Assembly: GCA_963798485.1 (NCBI GenBank)
Contig: CAWCTR010000002.1
Span: 30,130-94,129, forward strand
From: an uncultured delta proteobacterium
GTDB taxonomy: Bacteria; Desulfobacterota; Desulfomonilia; UBA1062
Length of the DNA stretch: 64,000 nt
Direction of reading: 5' to 3'
Shown here in pieces: positions 59,335-64,000 of the stretch. Both the position numbers and the translations under genes were made by a program. Numbering within the stretch: position 1 is the stretch's first letter; the number at the start of each line of letters is the position of its first letter. Below the pieces are notes generated by a model. It was not told the origin of the DNA. It did not search any database and saw only the letters and a program-made list of their open reading frames with translations.

Positions 59335-61849
59335 CTACTGATCGCCGCGGACTTTCCACCAATCCAACTGTTCGAACTCGGCCATCTTTTCGGCGCCATG
59401 TTGCGCATACCAGTCTTGCCAGGCGGATGCATCGGCGGGCAGAGCTGCATCAGTGATCTCATTCAGCGCGAGGAACGCCCAGTCGCGCATTTGCGGGGTA
59501 GTTTGGGGATCCCCGGCTAGCTCGATCAGTCTGGGCACCATTCGCAGGCGCTGTTTGCGCATGAAGTTGCCGCAGTCGGATACGTTGCAGCCCGCGCGAT
59601 CGCGGACCGCGTCTGATGGGTCGTGCGTAAAGGAATCGAAGAACTGGTCCAGAGCTTCGTCAGTGCCAAGGTAGCGCATGCCTTCGACCGCCCACTGGCG
59701 CACCTGCGGGTTGGGGTCATTTCTAGCGTAGTCCACTAGCACGGGATAGATGCGGTCGTAGCTCACGCCGCGGCCAGCCAGCATTCCCATGGCGTACACG
59801 CTGTAGGCCCGATGCGTGGAGTCGGCTTGCGCCTGTGCGATGAGCGACTCCGCCGAGGCGTCAGTTTTCGGCACTCCATTGATCGCCAGGTTGAGATCTG
59901 CGTTAGCTTGACGAACGCGCAGGTCGGTCGAGAATTGCGATCGCCTTTCCAAATCGTTCATGCGTGCGGTGCGCTGGAGACTGTGCCAGCCGCCAATGTT
60001 CTGCTCGAACAATTCGAGCGCGCGGGGATCATGCTGAATCGCCCCCTGCATCAATTCTTCTGCCTGCGCCTGTTCGGGGAGCGTTTGCAGCTGTTGCACG
60101 TCAACATCCGTGAGCGGCGAATGCATCGCCGGGCGCGGAAAAGATTTCACCGGTCCCGTCGCCCTGGATACGCGCATGGGCTTGCTGTAACCGCGCGAGA
60201 AGAAACGGTAGCCGAAGAAACCAGTCCAAGCGAGGAAGAACGCGACCGCCACCGCGATTGCGGCCGGACTATTGCGACTAAAGCGCGGGAGAGAGCTTGC
60301 TGGTGCTTGTCCGCGTTGCGGAGGCGGACCGTAGTTGCCAAACCCAGTGTCGACAGCCACGTGGGTATCGAGCTTCAAACCGACGAACTTCTCCAGTTGG
60401 GCGGCGACCCAGCGCGCCTCCTGACGGTCTGCGATCATGTCGACCAGCGTGGCCTTCTCCCCATTCTTCATCTGCAAGCGGAGAGAGTAAGAAGCCTTTG
60501 TGCCAGGTTGCTGCGCCTGAGTGACGGCCAGGATCTGAGCAATGTCGGAGAAGGGAAATTCACGCGCCCCGCCCATGCCGAGCAGAGCTCGACGACGGAC
60601 AATCCTGCCGTTCGCCACCCGGAGGTGGCAGGAGACCAGCGTGGAGCGAATCAGTCCATAGATCAGGAAGAGCTCCGCCAGTCCGAACACCATGGTGAAG
60701 ATGAAGGGAGCGTTGGAATGCGCGAGGAAATAGACGACGGTCGTCCACACCGCGGTGAAGAGAACCAAGACCGCGATCTGAGACGGGTTGCGGAACGGCG
60801 GAAAGTAGAATTCGGTGCTGCCGTCCATCCCAGCCGAGACTACAACTTTCGGATTCGGCGGAGCGGCCACGTCGGTGGGATCGGATTCGAAGGCAGGAGC
60901 AGCCGTGCCGCTCTGCGCGTCGCTCAGGAAGATCGGCGTCGGTTCTGTGGCTGACGCCGGCGACGGCGTCAAACGGAAAACCGGAACCTCAAAATCATCG
61001 GAGAAATTCACGCCGGGGACATCGGCCTGGGCATGCAATAGCCAGAGCACCTGATCGTTCTGATTGTCGTGATTCGACTCGTAGGCGTCACTCGGGATGC
61101 TGAATTCCACCGGGATAACAGCATCGCCCATGAGCCCGTGCGCGAGCGATGCTTGCGACACATTCTTGTCAGCTTGCCAGAGAACGCTCTGGACGGATGG
61201 AACGATTTCTATCCCCGCCCGTAATGACCTGGCGCACGCAGGAAAGACTCAGGTCGATGCCATGTCGGGCATCAGTGTTGAACCGCAGGTGAATCGCGCC
61301 CTTCAGCGTGCGGCCAGGAGAAAAGGGCAGCGAGGCGAACTCGAAATAGGTTTCCCCAAAACGTTTCCGCCGGATGCTGGCTCTTATGGCCGCACCCGCC
61401 AGAATGATGCCACCTACACAGAAGGCAAGCAGGACGAAGGGCTGCGAAATTGGAGGTGCGCCAGAGTTTAGGCACGACTGAGACCGCGATTGTGAACACG
61501 ATCCCATTCACAAAAATGGCCACTGCCCAAAGGCCAAAGACACTGTTGCGGTTCTTGCTTTCCGCTCGGTTCGCCGCCCAGTCCTTCCGCCATAGCCATG
61601 GAGACTGGGGATTCGATTCCTCGCTGCGGCTTGCTCCCGCACTTTGCGGGTCCCGTAAATGACGGCATAAACGATCGCGGCGCCGACCAGAATGAGGATC
61701 GCCGAGACCACCGCTCCTGCCGCGCGATTCCCCGAGGCCTGGCCAGGTATACCGAATAAGAGACCGCTGGAGAAAAAGAGTCCGGCGGCCACAAAAACCA
61801 GGCCAAAAATAATGGGGACAACCTCGGCGCCTTTGGATGGCCTTGCCAC
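59335..61849 (-). pseudogene. Multi-pass membrane protein with a C-terminal HEAT-repeat domain, split over three ORFs
   Basis: Consecutive same-strand ORFs 61508-61849, 61169-61507 and 59335-61161; HEAT-like DPNPQVRQWAVEG and DPSDAVRDRA repeats. Confidence 0.62.
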
Positions 61850-62070
61850 AGCCGAATTATAGAGTTACCGGAGACCGGAACCGACTGGCAGCCAGAGCCC
61901 CGTCATTACACAAGTCACGTGCCTTTGATTTTGGATCGTCAGCCATGCGGTGATCGTCCGGAAGCTCCGCTGCGCCCACCGACATGCCTCTTTAGTAACC
62001 CTCTTCTTCATGTCTCTTTAACACTCCGCCATTTACAATATTTGTAGACAAAAAATGTGGGGTGAAAGCA

Positions 62071-62287
62071 GTGGATAGCGTTACGACAACTCGCGAACGA
62101 CGAAAATTGATGCTGGAATTACTGGAGAGTAACGAGGCTGCGCGCGCGCCAGTTCTATGATGAGCGCGGACGGGTGGAAGGCCGGGATGTGGAAGACTGG
62201 GTGAGAGCCGAGTCGGAAGTCCTGCAGTCGAGCATTCTCGCGCCGCTGTGGAACAGGCGCCGGGCAGGGGAGTTGGTCGAAGTATAA
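62071..62287 (+). pseudogene. DUF2934-domain small protein, frameshifted near 62,130
   Basis: RLRARQFYDERGRVEGRDVEDWVRAESEV matches the RA..Y..RG...G....DW..AE pattern; the GTG start at 62071 is in another frame. Confidence 0.65.
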
Positions 62288-62544
62288 AAACCGGCAGGGC
62301 AGCAGCTTCTGGTAATCGCCGCGCTTTTCAACAGAGAGCCGAACGGCGGTGTAGAACAGCACTATGCCGACGTTTCCCCTGTGCCCCGCCCATAGATATC
62401 CAGCACAGATCTCGGATCACACAGGCGCTCCAACGGCATTCCCGCGCCTGCGCAGCCTTGGCTTTTGCCGGACGAATCTGGTAGTTTTCAGCCTCAGCGT
62501 TTCGCGGAATATTTTTTTGCGCAATTCTTTGTGGAGGATCGTTG

Positions 62545-63981
62545 GTGTATTCGAATCAACGATGGCTGGGCCTTTTTTCTTGTCTTATATTTGCCGTCTC
62601 CGTGCACGCGCAAACCGTGTCGCCAACTGACGAAGCGACTAGGAAACTCGCGCATGACATCTTCAAACAGCTCATCGAGATCAACACAACCGACTCGATC
62701 GGGAGCGTCACCGCGGCTTCCGAAGTAATGGCGCAGCGCTTTCGCGATGCCGGATTTCCAGCAAGTGACATTCAGGTGCTCGGCCCGAATGACCGCAAGA
62801 AGAACGTCGTGGTGCGCCTGCACGGGTCGGGCAAGCACAAGCCCGTGCTGCTGATTGGCCATCTCGACGTGGTCGAAGCCCGGCGCGAGGACTGGACTAC
62901 CGACCCATTCAAATTCATCGAGCAGGAAGGCTACTTCTACGGCCGCGGCACCAGCGACATGAAAGATGGAGACGCGATCATGTCGGCAACGCTCATCCGC
63001 ATGAAGAAAGAAGGATACGTTCCGAGCCGCGACATCATTCTTGCGCTGACTGCGGACGAAGAAGGTGGAACCTCGAACGGAGTCGACTGGCTGATCAAAA
63101 ATCATCGCGACCTGATCGATGCGGAATTTGTATTGAACCATGATGGCGGTGGCGTGCTCGCCGATCATGGCAAGCCGATCATGATGGAAGTAAACGCCAC
63201 CGAAAAACTTTACGGTGATTTCGTTTTGACGGCGACCAATCCGGGCGGTCACAGTTCGTTGCCCCGGCCTGAGAATGCGATTTACGAACTGGCGGCGGCG
63301 TTGACGCGCATCGCGAACTACCAGTTTCCTTTCGAACTGAACAACATTACGCGCGCGTACTACGAGCGACAGGCAAAGCTGGCCAAAGGCCAGCGCGCTG
63401 CCGATCTGGAAGCGATGTTGAAAACTCCTCCCGACATGGACGCCGTCGCCCGGCTATCGAAGGATCCAATCGATAACTCGACCATGCACACCACCTGCGT
63501 CGCGACGCGCTTAAGCGGAGGCCACGCCAATAACGCGCTTCCGCAGATGGCGCAGGCCAACGTGAATTGCCGCATTGAACCTGGACATTCGCTCGAGGAA
63601 ATTCGTCTGGCCCTCGAAAAAATTGTGGCTGATTCGAAGATCAAAGTGCAATTCCGCGAAAACAGCAACGAACTCATGGATCACGGCTCGGATCGCCATA
63701 GTTATATTCCGCCCGCTCCGCGCAAAGAAGTATTCGAGCCACTGGATAAAATTGTGGCGGAGATGTGGCCCGGAATTCCCGTGCTTCCCAACATGAGCAC
63801 GGGGGCTTCCGATGGCGTGTACACCAATGCCGTGGATGCCAATGTGTACCGCGTGTCAGGCTAGAATACCAACGAGACCATGCTCCGGGCGCACGGGAAA
63901 GATGAGCGCATCGGAGTTGAAGTCATTCGCCCGGGCGTCGATTTCGATCACTTGTTCTTAAAGGGAGTTACAGCGGAGTAA
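62545..63981 (+). CDS. M20/M25/M40-family metallopeptidase, exported; 3' end corrupted
   Basis: Signal peptide; GHLDVV, YGRGTSDMK, ADEE, GGHSS and GASDG; RAHGKDERI lies beyond a TAG at 63862. Confidence 0.85.
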
Positions 63982-64000
63982 GACGACGGCGACTCCGGCC

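Noticed and set aside
63862-63864. In-frame TAG in the M20 peptidase as pyrrolysine or readthrough
   Set aside because: The residues around it look scrambled, as expected from compensating indels in an error-rich segment near the window end, and there are no pyl genes in the window.

Overview
The window looks like two unrelated bacterial sequences joined at about 49,701. Segment 1 (1 to ~49,700) has gene content typical of an anaerobic Desulfobacterota/Deltaproteobacterium; this taxonomy is inferred, not searched. It carries a NuoE/ferredoxin/NuoF-GltD flavoprotein module, an ALDH-FeADH fusion next to a split UxaA/SuyAB-type lyase, citrate synthase with an ADP-forming acyl-CoA ligase alpha subunit, and a Cys-less thiolase/DUF35/ACAD/GctAB operon. 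It also carries an atu/liu-like biotin-carboxylase cluster with TetR and the housekeeping block tRNA-Val-thrS-infC-rpmI-rplT-pheST. Segment 2 (~49,702 to 64,000) is visibly more GC-rich, resembles Acidobacteriota (inferred) and has many frameshifted genes. It carries phoU with an 11-bp-periodic Pho-box array, a complete class C group II intron inserted directly behind an intrinsic terminator, TauE/DUF1634, a HEAT-repeat membrane protein and an M20 peptidase. I found no CRISPR array, rRNA, prophage or integrase. The best candidates for undescribed biology are metabolic: the ALDH-ADH fusion with SuyAB-like genes, the Cys-less thiolase-fold operon and the anaerobic atu-like cluster. All product calls come from motif recognition by eye.
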